DNA of 64,000 nucleotides from Pedosphaera sp. (lineage in GTDB: Bacteria > Verrucomicrobiota > Verrucomicrobiia > Limisphaerales > SIBH01). Under the pieces are notes generated by a model. That model searched no databases. It saw nothing but the letters and a program-made list of their open reading frames with translations, and was not told the origin of the DNA. The stretch covers positions 1 through 64,000 of the forward strand of contig JANOQV010000012.1 in assembly GCA_031414955.1 (NCBI GenBank), read 5' to 3'. The translations under genes and the position numbers were made by a program. Every line of letters starts with the position of its first letter. Position 1 is the first letter of the stretch. This document shows, piece after piece, positions 18,240 to 28,210 of this stretch.

Positions 18240-19358
18240 TCAACGAAGCGGGAGCGGCGGCTTCGCCTGTTGAAACCATTCCAGCCACCCGAGCATGAAG
18301 GCGTCAGCCATCTCCTTGGAGCGCCGGCATTCATCGGGCGTGCGGCCCCAGTAAAAGCCGATCCAGCCGGCAGCGTGCTCTCTTGAGCGTCGGAAGAAAT
18401 CGTCGAACTCCTGGGCGGAGCATTTGAGCGGGAAGGTTTCTTCGACGACTACGGGCTTGCCGACCTGGAAGGCCTGCAACGTCTCGATGGCCTCGCTCAC
18501 TTTCCCTTTTTCTGGGTAGAGATGAACACTCAGGAAGTCGAGTTCGGGCGCGATGACGGCGGGGTGGAAGGCGGAATCAAGTCCTGGCCGCGGCAGGCTC
18601 CAATCCACCAGACCGACGGTGATGAGGTGCGCCGGGTCTTCGGAGCGCACGGCGGTGACGAGTTGGTGAATCCACGCGCGGGCCACGGCGGCACGTTCCC
18701 GGCCTTGACCTTCGCGGGAAATCCATTGCACAAAATGTTTCCCGGCCAAGGGCGGACCGAGCCACTCCTTGCCCGTGCCCGCAGTGTGCGGCGCGACCGG
18801 CTCGTTCATGAGGTCGTAACAGAAAATGGACGGGTGGCCACGGCCGACGCGGGCGACAGCCCGCCAGAAATTCGCCTGCGCGGCCCAGCGACGACGTTCA
18901 TTCAACTCGTCGTACCAACCCGGCACGTCCTGCTGGTGGTAGCAGCCAAGTCCGGTGACATCGAGATAAAGGCCGGTGCGTTCAGCGAGGCGAAGCAATT
19001 GCGCGAAGCGCATCAGCGCATTCGTGTTGGGATTCGATTCGTTGAGCATGAAACGCCCGAACTGGAAATGCACCCGCACCACGTTCGCGCCCAGTTGCTT
19101 CATCTCGCGGAAGTCCTCCTCGACCTTGGACCACTCGGCGTCCCAGTAATCTTCCAACAGTCGCCCCGTTTCGTCGTGGTCGTAATTAAACCCCCACGGA
19201 ACAAACGCGCGGCCTGAAGGTTCCAGCACAAAGCCATTACCAGGAGCGGAGACGCGGATGGATTCCATCCGGGCCAGGCCCGAGCGGGGGGCGCAAGCAG
19301 CCAGCAAAGCAAGCAGGAGGGCGGCGCAAGCCAATGAGCGCAGACGTGGTTGTTGCAT
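18240..19358 (-). CDS. GH5-like glycoside hydrolase, possible lipoprotein
   Basis: LLAAC lipobox-like motif; PWGFNY, GANVVRVH, YDLMNEP, SVHLYP, KPVVVEE. Confidence 0.8.
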   Translation of the reverse strand: MQQPRLRSLACAALLLALLAACAPRSGLARMESIRVSAPGNGFVLEPSGRAFVPWGFNYDHDETGRLLEDYWDAEWSKVEEDFREMKQLGANVVRVHFQFGRFMLNESNPNTNALMRFAQLLRLAERTGLYLDVTGLGCYHQQDVPGWYDELNERRRWAAQANFWRAVARVGRGHPSIFCYDLMNEPVAPHTAGTGKEWLGPPLAGKHFVQWISREGQGRERAAVARAWIHQLVTAVRSEDPAHLITVGLVDWSLPRPGLDSAFHPAVIAPELDFLSVHLYPEKGKVSEAIETLQAFQVGKPVVVEETFPLKCSAQEFDDFFRRSREHAAGWIGFYWGRTPDECRRSKEMADAFMLGWLEWFQQAKPPLPLR

Positions 19359-19398
19359 GAGGGAATCATCGGCGGGTCGGGCCCGACTGTCACGCCTG

Positions 19399-19575
19399 GG
19401 GGTGGAACTGAAAGTGGCGGGCCACATCGAGGAGTTGGGTGGCCTCGCCCTCCGTCGAGGACTGGCCGCCCGCCACCCGGATTCTAGCAGTGGTGCGCTT
19501 GAGGACGTTGAAAGTCGCGCGGCCCGATCCGCCGGGCACGCCGCCGGACCACCACTTTCCATCGCAGCCCACGCC
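19399..19575. repeat. Degenerate palindromic element related to the 30.5-kb hairpin
   Basis: TGAAAGTGGCGGGC and TTGAAAGTCGCG ... CCACTTTCCATCGCAGCCC. Confidence 0.45.
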
Positions 19576-19749
19576 CGGTGCTGCTTGACCCTGTGGTCGC
19601 TCGGAGCCGGCGAGGCGCGAGTCGTTCCACCACGCCGGTCTTGCTCGCTGAAACAGGGTCGAGATGCACCCGTGTGAAAGTGCTTCCAGTCCACACCCTT
19701 GCTTCGTTTCCGCTCCCGTGATTGCCTCTGCGCGATGCGACCGGATACG

Positions 19750-20766
19750 ATGCCCGTTTTGACCGACCTGCTCAAGGCCGTGTCGCGGTCGTTCTACCTC
19801 ACGCTGCGCGTCCTGCCCGCCTCGGTGCGGCCTCAGATCGGCCTCGCTTATTTGCTGGCCCGGACCACCGACACCATCGCGGATACGGAGCTGGTCCCGG
19901 TCGCGGCGCGGTTGCGGGCCTTGGATGAACTGCGGGCGCGCATCCTCGGACAGCGCCACGCGCCGGTGACTTGCGGAGAACTCGCGGCGGCCCAACCGGA
20001 GCAGGCGGGCGGCGGAACGAATGCCGAGCGCCTGCTGCTGGAACGCATCGAGGCGATGGTGACTCTGCTCGAATCATTTTCCCGCGAGGATCAAAGGCGC
20101 ATTCGGGACGTGCTGGCGACCATCACCGGCGGGCAGGAACTGGATTTGCAACGCTTCGGCGCGGCGGGCGTGGAGCACATCGTCGCGCTCCAGAGCGACG
20201 CCGAGCTGGACGACTACACCTATCGCGTGGCGGGCTGCGTGGGCGAGTTCTGGACGAGAATGTGTTGCGCTCATGTCTTCCCGCAGGCGGGACTCGACGA
20301 GCCGGCGCTGCTGCGCGACGGCGAGCGGTTCGGAAAGGGACTGCAACTCGTGAACATCCTGCGCGATCTGCCCCGCGACCTGCGGCAAGGACGTTGTTAT
20401 CTTCCGGCGGAACGGCTGAAACAATGTTCGCTGACCCCGGGAGATCTGCTCGATCCAGGAAACCACGCCCGGTTGCGCCCGATTTACGACGAATTACTGG
20501 GGATCGCCCAAGCGCATCTCGCCGCCGGCTGGAGGTACACGAACAGCTTGCCGCGATCGGCAGTGCGGGTGCGCCTGGCCTGTGCCTGGCCCATCCTGAT
20601 TGGGGTGAAGACGCTTAGCCAGTTGCGCCGGGCCAACCCGCTCGACGCCGCGCAGCGAGTCAAGGTGGACCGCGCCACCGTGCGGCAAATCATCCTTGGA
20701 ACCATCCTGCGCTACCCTTTCCCCGGTGCCTGGAACGGCCTGTTCGAGCGGAGGCAATCCGAGTGA
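19750..20766 (+). CDS. Squalene/phytoene synthase family protein
   Basis: VSRSFYL, ARTTDTIAD, YTYRVAGCVGEF, LQLVNILRD, GRCYLP. Confidence 0.9.
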   Translation: MPVLTDLLKAVSRSFYLTLRVLPASVRPQIGLAYLLARTTDTIADTELVPVAARLRALDELRARILGQRHAPVTCGELAAAQPEQAGGGTNAERLLLERIEAMVTLLESFSREDQRRIRDVLATITGGQELDLQRFGAAGVEHIVALQSDAELDDYTYRVAGCVGEFWTRMCCAHVFPQAGLDEPALLRDGERFGKGLQLVNILRDLPRDLRQGRCYLPAERLKQCSLTPGDLLDPGNHARLRPIYDELLGIAQAHLAAGWRYTNSLPRSAVRVRLACAWPILIGVKTLSQLRRANPLDAAQRVKVDRATVRQIILGTILRYPFPGAWNGLFERRQSE

Positions 20767-20863
20767 CGAAAGCCCATGACTTGCTTCGGTCGCGCTGGCT
20801 CGACCTCCGCCTTCGTCGCCATTGACACGCCAGGGGACACCGCGAAAGTCTGGAGCGCAACAC

Positions 20864-21712
20864 ATGCTGCTTCGCGCCGGCCAATTTGAGTTTCAGTTTC
20901 CGCGCCCCACCCTCGTGATGGGGATCGTGAACGTCACGCCGGATTCCTTTTCTGATGGCGGCCAGTGCTTTGATCCCGGTCTGGCTCTCGCCCATGCGGA
21001 ACGGCTCCTCGAGGAAGGCGCGGAGATCCTCGACATCGGAGGTGAATCGACGCGGCCCAATGCCACGCCCGTGCCGGAGGAGGAGGAATTGCGCCGCGTC
21101 CTCCCGGTCGTTCGTTCCCTCGCAGGGCGGGGCGGGAGCCGGACGCTCATTTCCATCGATACAATGAAGCCGGCCGTGGCCCGCGCTGCGATCGACGCTG
21201 GAGCGAGCATCATCAACGACGTCGAGGCCCGCCGCACCGACCCAACGATGTGGCAGATCGCGCGCGACTCCGGTGCTGCTTACGTCGTCATGCACATGCA
21301 GGGCACGCCGCTGACCATGCAGCAGCAGCCGGAATATGCTGATGTGGTCGGCGACATCGGGGCGTTTTTCGCCGATCGGTTGAAACGCCTAGAAGAGTTC
21401 GGCCTGGATCGGGAGCGGATCATTCTCGATCCCGGGCTGGGCTTTGGAAAAACCTGCGATCATAATTTGGAATTGTTGGCGGGCTTGGAGAGATTTAGAA
21501 CTTACCGTCGACCGCTGCTGATCGGAGCCTCGCGAAAGGCTTTCATCGGCCAGGTCACAGGCGCGAAAGAAATCACGGAGCGGCTGCCAGGATCGCTGGC
21601 TTGCGCGCTGGCCGCGGTGGAGGCGGGGGCGCACATCATCCGGACGCACGACGTGGCGGCGACCCGGCAGGCGCTGCGGATGAGCGAAGGCATTCAGTCG
21701 AAAAGAAAATAA
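20864..21712 (+). CDS. folP: Dihydropteroate synthase
   Basis: MGIVNVTPDSFSDGG, DIGGESTRP, DPGLGFGK, GASRK, IRTHDV. Confidence 0.97.
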   Translation: MLLRAGQFEFQFPRPTLVMGIVNVTPDSFSDGGQCFDPGLALAHAERLLEEGAEILDIGGESTRPNATPVPEEEELRRVLPVVRSLAGRGGSRTLISIDTMKPAVARAAIDAGASIINDVEARRTDPTMWQIARDSGAAYVVMHMQGTPLTMQQQPEYADVVGDIGAFFADRLKRLEEFGLDRERIILDPGLGFGKTCDHNLELLAGLERFRTYRRPLLIGASRKAFIGQVTGAKEITERLPGSLACALAAVEAGAHIIRTHDVAATRQALRMSEGIQSKRK

Positions 21713-22566
21713 TGGGCGGATTTTTCCAGGAAGTTTGGGCCAGCCCCCTGTGGCGGGCCGTGGTGGAGATTCTCATCCTCGCGGTGGGCATCTACTACGC
21801 CGCGTCCTTTGTGCGGGGCACGCGCGGCGCGGCCATCTTCAGCGGCATCCTCGTGCTCATGCTCTCGCTGGGCTTGTTGTCGAACCTCCTTGAGCTGCAC
21901 GTCCTCGGCTGGATTCTGCGCGTCTTCTCGTCCGCCTTCGCCGTCTCCGTCATTGTTATTTTTCAGCCGGAGATCCGGCAACTGCTCGCGCAGATCGGCA
22001 GCCTCCAGCTTTTCTATTCCTCGCACGAGCAGCGCGAGAACATCGAAGTGATCGTCCAGACCGTGGAGCGCCTCGCGGATGTCCGCATCGGCGCACTCAT
22101 CGCCGTCGAGCAGTCGATTCAACTGCACGATGCCGCCGAGTCGGGCATCCCGGTGGATTGCATCGCGACCTCGGAAATGCTCGAAACCATCTTCTTCCCG
22201 AACAACGCCATCCACGATGGCGGCGTCATCATCAAAGGCGACCGAATCGCCTACGCGGCGTGCATCTTCCCTCTCACCACCCGACAGGATTTGAACAAAT
22301 CCCTCGGCACCCGCCATCGCGCGGCCATCGGTCTGAGCGAGGAGACAGACGCGGTCATTATCGTGGTCTCCGAGGAGACGGGCATGATCAGCTACGCCTG
22401 CAAGGGCGAACTGGTGCGCGGCCTGACCGTCGAGGGCTTGCGCGCCTTCCTCAGCGGGGTGCTGCTGGAAGCCGGCCGTCGGCGCAACTGGCGCGACCGG
22501 CTGCGCGGCCTAACCACGGATCATTTCCGGCCCGCCACTGCGGTCGTGAAACCAGCCTCCAAGTGA
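21712..22566 (+). CDS. dacA: Diadenylate cyclase CdaA
   Basis: Three N-terminal TM helices, IFQPEIR, HDGG and GTRHRAA, VSEETG. Confidence 0.93.
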   Translation: MGGFFQEVWASPLWRAVVEILILAVGIYYAASFVRGTRGAAIFSGILVLMLSLGLLSNLLELHVLGWILRVFSSAFAVSVIVIFQPEIRQLLAQIGSLQLFYSSHEQRENIEVIVQTVERLADVRIGALIAVEQSIQLHDAAESGIPVDCIATSEMLETIFFPNNAIHDGGVIIKGDRIAYAACIFPLTTRQDLNKSLGTRHRAAIGLSEETDAVIIVVSEETGMISYACKGELVRGLTVEGLRAFLSGVLLEAGRRRNWRDRLRGLTTDHFRPATAVVKPASK

Positions 22567-22567
22567 C

Positions 22568-22729
22568 ATGTCCCTGCACGACCTCATCTTCACCAATTTC
22601 CGGCGCAAGCTGTTCTCCCTCCTGCTGGCGATTCTGATTTGGCTGACCATTCATTTTGCCGATAAGCAGAATCGAGGGGCGGCGGGATTGCCGCACAAGC
22701 CCCAGACAAATTCAGTGATTTCGCCATGA
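22568..22729 (+). CDS. 53-aa membrane peptide resembling the N-terminal anchor of CdaR (YbbR)
   Basis: MSLHDLIFTNFRRKLFSLLLAILIWLTI..; lies exactly between cdaA and glmM; stop overlaps the glmM start (ATGA). Confidence 0.7.
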   Translation: MSLHDLIFTNFRRKLFSLLLAILIWLTIHFADKQNRGAAGLPHKPQTNSVISP

Positions 22730-24105
22730 CCAAGCAGAAAATATTTGGAACGGATGGGGTTCGCGGCACCGCAAACATCGAACCCGTGACCGCCGAGACC
22801 GCGCTCAAGCTCGGCCGGGCCGCCGCGCACGTCTTCAAGAACGTCTCCGCCAAATCGCGCAGCCGCGGCCGCCACAAGATCGCCATCGGCAAGGACACCC
22901 GCGTCTCCGGCTACATGCTGGAAAACGCCATCTCCGCCGGCGTGCTTTCCATGGGCGTGGATGTGCTCTTCATCGGGCCGCTCCCGACCCCCGGCGTCGC
23001 TTACGTGACCCGCAGCCTGCGCGCCGACGCCGGCATCGTCATCACCGCCTCGCACAACCCCTACGACGACAACGGCATCAAGTTCTTCCGTGCGGACGGC
23101 TACAAGCTCGACGACAAAATCGAGGGCCAGATCGAGCACCTCGTCTTCAGCGGCGAGATCGAATCCATCCGCCCCACGGCCAGCGCCATCGGCAAGGCCA
23201 TGCGCATCGACGACGCCCTGGGCCGCTACATCGAATACGCCAAGGCCTCCTTCCCGCGCCGCATGACGCTCGAAGGGCTGCGCATCGTGGTCGATTGCGG
23301 CAATGGCGCCGCCTACAAATCCACCCCTTGCGTGCTGCGCGAACTCGGGGCCGAGGTCATCGTGTACGGCGATGAACCCGACGGCACGAACATCAACAAG
23401 GAATGCGGCTCCATGCACCCCGACACCATCTGCGCCAAGGTCGCCGAGCATCGCGCCGACATCGGCATCTCTCATGATGGCGACGCCGACCGCGTGTTGC
23501 TCTGCGATGAAACCGGCGCGCTGATCGACGGCGACGACGTTATGGCCATCGCCGCGCTCGACATGCTGGCCAAGGGCACGCTGTCGAAGAAGACCCTTGT
23601 CACCACCGTGATGAGCAATGCCGGGCTGGACGCCGTGATCCTGGAGGCTGGGGGCAAAATTATCCGCACCGCCGTGGGCGACAAGAACGTCATCGATGAA
23701 ATGCTGCGTGAGGATTACAACTTTGGCGGCGAACAGAGCGGGCATCTTATTTTCCGCGACTACAGTTCCACGGGTGACGGCCTCGTGGCTTCGCTCCAGA
23801 TTCTCCAGATCATGAAGTCGCAGGACACGAAGCTCTCCCAGCTCAAGCAATGCTGGACGCGCTACCCGCAGCTCGTGACCAACGTGAAAGTGCGAGAGAA
23901 AAAACCCTTTGATCAGCTCAACGGCCTGCTCGACCTCGTGGCCCAGGCCGAGGCCGTGGTGAAGCCCGACGGCGGACGTGTGCTGCTGCGTTACTCCGGC
24001 ACCGAGCCGAAGGCCCGCCTGCTCATCGAAGGCCGTGACGCCGAGGTGCTGGAACTATGGAGCAAGCGCATCTGCACTGAGTTGAAGAACCAGATCGGGG
24101 CGTGA
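22726..24105 (+). CDS. glmM: Phosphoglucosamine mutase
   Basis: FGTDGVRG, GKDTRVSG, ITASHNP, DGDADR, GGEQSGH, RYSGTEP. Confidence 0.97.
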   Translation: MTKQKIFGTDGVRGTANIEPVTAETALKLGRAAAHVFKNVSAKSRSRGRHKIAIGKDTRVSGYMLENAISAGVLSMGVDVLFIGPLPTPGVAYVTRSLRADAGIVITASHNPYDDNGIKFFRADGYKLDDKIEGQIEHLVFSGEIESIRPTASAIGKAMRIDDALGRYIEYAKASFPRRMTLEGLRIVVDCGNGAAYKSTPCVLRELGAEVIVYGDEPDGTNINKECGSMHPDTICAKVAEHRADIGISHDGDADRVLLCDETGALIDGDDVMAIAALDMLAKGTLSKKTLVTTVMSNAGLDAVILEAGGKIIRTAVGDKNVIDEMLREDYNFGGEQSGHLIFRDYSSTGDGLVASLQILQIMKSQDTKLSQLKQCWTRYPQLVTNVKVREKKPFDQLNGLLDLVAQAEAVVKPDGGRVLLRYSGTEPKARLLIEGRDAEVLELWSKRICTELKNQIGA

Positions 24106-24112
24106 GCGGGGA

Positions 24113-24305
24113 CAAACTCCAAATCCCAAATAAACTCCAAGCTCCAAGCTCCAAACTCCAACCGGGAGTTTGCGCAGCGATGAACGCAACCGGCAGGGAG
24201 ACTCGCACAAGCCAGAGGGTGACACTTCAACCAGACTTGCGCGCCCCCGTTGGAGTTTGGAATTTGAAGGTTGTTTGGAGTTTGGAGTTTGGGATTTGGA
24301 GTTTT
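24113..24305. repeat. Intergenic inverted arrays of heptamers (CCAAGCT/CCAAACT ... TTTGGAG)
   Basis: Left arm 24113-24161, right arm 24250-24305. Confidence 0.8.
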
Positions 24306-24310
24306 TCCCA

Positions 24311-24808
24311 ATGAAGCTCCCCTACAAAGTCGCCACCCTCCTCTACTGCTTCAACGAGCGCGACGAAGTGCTCTTGCTCGAACGTGCCCAGGAACCCAAT
24401 CGCGGCTTCTGGAGCCCCTGCGGCGGCAAGGTCCACCTCGACGAAGGCGAGTCACCCTACGCCTGCGCCTGCCGCGAGGCCCGCGAGGAAATCGATCTCC
24501 ACATCACCCCGGCCGACCTGCACCTGGCCGCCGTGGTCAGCGAGCACGCTTATGCGGGGCAAGGCCACTGGCTCATGTTCCTGTTCGAAGTGAAGACGCG
24601 ACTCAAGGAATGTCCGCCGCCGCATCCCGAAGGCGTCTTCCGCTTCTTCCCGCGCGGCGAGATTGCCGGGCTGCACATTCCCCAGACCGACCGCGACATT
24701 CTCTGGCCGCTCTTCTGGCAGCACCGCGGCGGCTTCTTCGCCGCGCACTGGCACTGGCACGCGGATGGGCGGACGGAGTGGGTGATGGAGGAATCGAGAC
24801 CAAAATGA
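24311..24808 (+). CDS. NUDIX hydrolase
   Basis: GGK....GESPYACACREAREE Nudix box. Confidence 0.9.
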   Translation: MKLPYKVATLLYCFNERDEVLLLERAQEPNRGFWSPCGGKVHLDEGESPYACACREAREEIDLHITPADLHLAAVVSEHAYAGQGHWLMFLFEVKTRLKECPPPHPEGVFRFFPRGEIAGLHIPQTDRDILWPLFWQHRGGFFAAHWHWHADGRTEWVMEESRPK

Positions 24809-24947
24809 AAACACCAGGCACCAAACCTCAAAAATCAAATAGCTCCCAAACATCAAACATCAACAGCCGCGCGCGCTGCCGACGTCCCGGGTTGGTGTTT
24901 GGAGCTTGCTGTTTATCTGGTGTTTGGAGCTTGGTGTTTGGTGTTTG
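24809..24947. repeat. Intergenic inverted heptamer arrays (CCAAACA ... TTGGTGT)
   Basis: ACACCAGGCACCAAAC...CAAACATCAAACATCAAC vs GTTGGTGTTTGGAGC...TTGGTGTTTGGTGTTT. Confidence 0.75.
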
Positions 24948-24948
24948 A

Positions 24949-25449
<501 letters not shown>

Positions 25450-25744
25450 GCGGCGACCTGGCCGTGGCACCAAAACTGGATGGTGGCTTGAGTGGATACC
25501 GGACAACGCTCCCTTCTGAGCATTTTCCGATTCCTCAGGAAAGCAAACGCAGGGCAGATCCCCGCTTCAATTGCTGATAAATTTCCCGCCCTGCGTTGTT
25601 CGCCAGGACGGTTTGAACGGGTTGCCAGGCGAGGGTTTGATCAACAAGTGCTCCGGCCAACCGTGTCTCGTGGAAGAGACCACCACCCGTACGTAGGTAC
25701 GGTTTAATCCTAATTTAGGAGAGTGCCCCAACTTGGATGGAGAA

Positions 25745-25821
25745 TGGCGGGAGTGGCGGGGCTCGAACCCGTAACCTCTGCCGTGACAGGGCAGCGCTCT
25801 AACCAATTGAGCTACACCCCC
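25745..25821 (-). tRNA. tRNA-Asp (GTC)
   Basis: GGGGGTGTAGCTCAATTGGTTAGAGCGCTGCCCTGTCACGGCAGAGGTTACGGGTTCGAGCCCCGCCACTCCCGCCA cloverleaf with encoded CCA. Confidence 0.97.
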
Positions 25822-25838
25822 GCGCCAAACGGGGCGGC

Positions 25839-25867
25839 AAAGTATTGAACGCTCCTCTTCCCGTCAA
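25839..25867 (-). promoter_or_regulatory. Sigma70-type promoter for tRNA-Asp
   Basis: TTGACG-17 nt-TACTTT just upstream of the tRNA. Confidence 0.6.
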
Positions 25868-25887
25868 TCGGGAATTCGACTCTGCCG

Positions 25888-25975
25888 AAAAAGAAAAGAT
25901 TCGGGCAACAGACGCCAAGGAGGTGGGGGTGAAGAACCCCGCTGAAGAAACGTGCTGTCACCCGAATCAAAAATC
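25888..25975 (-). ncRNA. Candidate small structured RNA or terminated leader with anti-SD motif
   Basis: 17-bp stem with tandem G-U pairs, inner GGGG/CCCC hairpin, CACCUCCUU, followed by UUUUCUUUUU; TTGACA-17-AAGACT upstream at 25983-26011. Confidence 0.45.
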
Positions 25976-26543
25976 TGGTCGGAGTCTTGTGATCAACCCC
26001 TTCCTTGTCAACGCTACATCGGCACATTATCCCCGAAAACAAAGGGGCTTTTTGCATTTTTTACTTAGCCAAATCTGGTCGTGCCAGGCGTCAGTCTGGA
26101 ATACCCGTCCCTCGACTCGGTTTTTGTGTCGGGGCCAACTACAGGACCGAGGTGGGTGACAAGAAATCTTCAAGTCAGCACTCCGGCCAAGCTCTGAGCC
26201 GGGCTGCCACACATGGCACTTTTAGCTTCCGGCCTTCCCAACTGGTCTGGGTGTGCTTGGAGCCGTGAAACTCCTTGGTGCCTTCTCCTGGCGAAGCTGA
26301 TCTTAGCGTGCGGCGAGGAGGTCGTTGAGTTTTACGAACTGCGCCTCGCCGACCGGCACGGCTTCATTCGCCCACTGGCCGTGACGGTTTACTGAACGCT
26401 TCCCCCGGCTAGCGAAACAAACCAGCCAACGGCGCAAGCCGTTGGACATCGGGCGCCTACCTTCCAACACCGACAATCCCGTTGCCAACTCACAATTGAC
26501 GCTCGTAGGATTCGCCGATTCCGGGGAACGCACCCGTGTCGCG

Positions 26544-27362
26544 ATGTCCGAGTACAAAGTCAAATTCGAGGTCTTTGAAGGTCCGCTCGACCTCCTGCTT
26601 TATCTCATCAAGAAGCAGGAGGTGGACATCTATGAGGTCAACCTCACCGAGCTGGCCACCCAGTTCATCGAGTACATCGACGTGATGCGCGTCCTCGACC
26701 TCGAGATCGCCGGCGAGTTCCTCGTCATGGCCTCGACGCTCATGTACATCAAGAGCCGCGAACTGCTGCCGGTGGATCAGCAGGTGCAGGTCGAGGGCGA
26801 GGAGGAAGGCGAAGACCCGCGCTGGGAACTCATCCGCCAGCTCGTCGAGTACAAGAAATTCAAGGACGCGGCGGCGCGGTTGCAGGAACTCGAAGCCCGG
26901 CAGGAGGACGTCTATCGCCGCGAAGCGCCCAAGCCCGTCTTCGAGGCCGAGCCGTCCAAGCCGGACGTTTCCGTCTTCGACCTCATCAACGCCGTCAACA
27001 GCATCCTCAAGCGCGTGGCCGAGCGCGAGGGCGAGTCGCGCGAGATTTTCGAGGACAAGTGGAGCGTCAGCGAAAAGATCGAGATGCTCGTGAAACTGAT
27101 CGGCGAGAAGCCGCGCGTGAAGTTCTCCGACCTGTTTGAAGGCGCAATCAGCCGCACGGAAGTCGTGGTGACTTTTCTGGCCATGCTCGAACTGATCCGC
27201 CTCAAGCAGATCATCTGCGTGCAGCCGGATGCCTTTGCCGAAATTGAAATCACCCGGGCCGAGCCGCCCAAGGTGACGGTGCCGACGGAGATTCCCGAGC
27301 AGGCCATCTTTGAAGACGAGACGGCGAAGCCGGTGGGCACGCCGACGGAGACGCAGACGTGA
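26544..27362 (+). CDS. scpA: Segregation and condensation protein A
   Basis: FEGPLDLLLYLI, AGEFLVMA..L..IKSR.LLP, TFLAMLEL. Confidence 0.95.
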   Translation: MSEYKVKFEVFEGPLDLLLYLIKKQEVDIYEVNLTELATQFIEYIDVMRVLDLEIAGEFLVMASTLMYIKSRELLPVDQQVQVEGEEEGEDPRWELIRQLVEYKKFKDAAARLQELEARQEDVYRREAPKPVFEAEPSKPDVSVFDLINAVNSILKRVAEREGESREIFEDKWSVSEKIEMLVKLIGEKPRVKFSDLFEGAISRTEVVVTFLAMLELIRLKQIICVQPDAFAEIEITRAEPPKVTVPTEIPEQAIFEDETAKPVGTPTETQT

Positions 27363-27364
27363 GA

Positions 27365-27512
27365 AAAGCACCAAGCACCAAACACCAAGCTCCAAGCTCC
27401 AATTGGTGCTCGGATTTCGACACTCTCGCTGGCGTTCGAGCAGCGTGGGCGTTTCGGTGTTTGATGTTTGGATCTTCCCTGGTGCTTGGTGCTTGGTGCT
27501 TGGTGCTTTTTT
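27365..27512. repeat. Intergenic inverted heptamer arrays (CCAAGCA ... TGCTTGG)
   Basis: AAGCACCAAGCACCAAACACCAAGCTCCAAG vs TGGTGCTTGGTGCTTGGTGCTTGGTGCTTT. Confidence 0.8.
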
Positions 27513-27519
27513 GAAACAC

Positions 27520-28197
27520 ATGGAACTGAAAAATATTTTGGAGTCGGTTTTGTTCTCCGCCCAGGAGCCGCTCAGCGTGAAGGATCTGCGCGAGTTGTTG
27601 AAGAAGGCCACCGAGTACAGCCCGGAGGCCGGCGATTTCAAGAAGGCGTCCTTTGAGGATGTCGTGGCCGCGCTCGACGTGCTGACCAAGGAACACGAAG
27701 CCGCCGCCCGGAGCTACCGCCTCATTTGTGTGGCCGAGCGCTGGCAGTTTGTCACCCAGCCCGAATTCGCGCCGTGGGTCAAAGCCCTCGTCGGCGAGCG
27801 CGCCCGCCCCTCGCGGCTCTCCGCGCCCGCGCTGGAGACGCTTGCCATCATCGCCTATCGCCAGCCCATCACCCGCGCCGAGATGGAACAGGTGCGCGGC
27901 GTGGCCGTGGACGGCGTGCTGCAAACCCTCGTCGAGCGCGGACTCGTCGAGCAAGTCGGCGTGGCGGAAGTGATTGGCCGCCCGAGAACCTTCGGCACCA
28001 CCACGGCTTTCCTCGAATACTTCGGGTTAAAGAATCTGGAGGAATTGCCGGCGGCAGATGAGTTGCGTCGCATCCCGATCAACAAGCCGGATTCGTTGCT
28101 GACGGTTGATCCAGGACTGGCGACTTCGCCGCCGGAACAACTCGTGTCGGCGCCGGCGGAGTCCGCGCCCGCCGAAGCCACTGACGTTCCCAAGTAG
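27520..28197 (+). CDS. scpB: SMC-Scp complex subunit ScpB
   Basis: LSAPALETLAIIAYRQPITRAE..RGV, FLEYFGL..L.ELP. Confidence 0.95.
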   Translation: MELKNILESVLFSAQEPLSVKDLRELLKKATEYSPEAGDFKKASFEDVVAALDVLTKEHEAAARSYRLICVAERWQFVTQPEFAPWVKALVGERARPSRLSAPALETLAIIAYRQPITRAEMEQVRGVAVDGVLQTLVERGLVEQVGVAEVIGRPRTFGTTTAFLEYFGLKNLEELPAADELRRIPINKPDSLLTVDPGLATSPPEQLVSAPAESAPAEATDVPK

Positions 28198-28210
28198 TTC
28201 GCTCCGCGCG

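Noticed and set aside
24102..24948. ORFs with WSLEFGIW / FGAWCLV-type translations
   Set aside because: Artefacts of translating the intergenic heptamer arrays
25450..25744. Island or att remnant downstream of tRNA-Asp
   Set aside because: No duplicate tRNA 3' end and no integrase fragment recognised; only a short 10-bp stem
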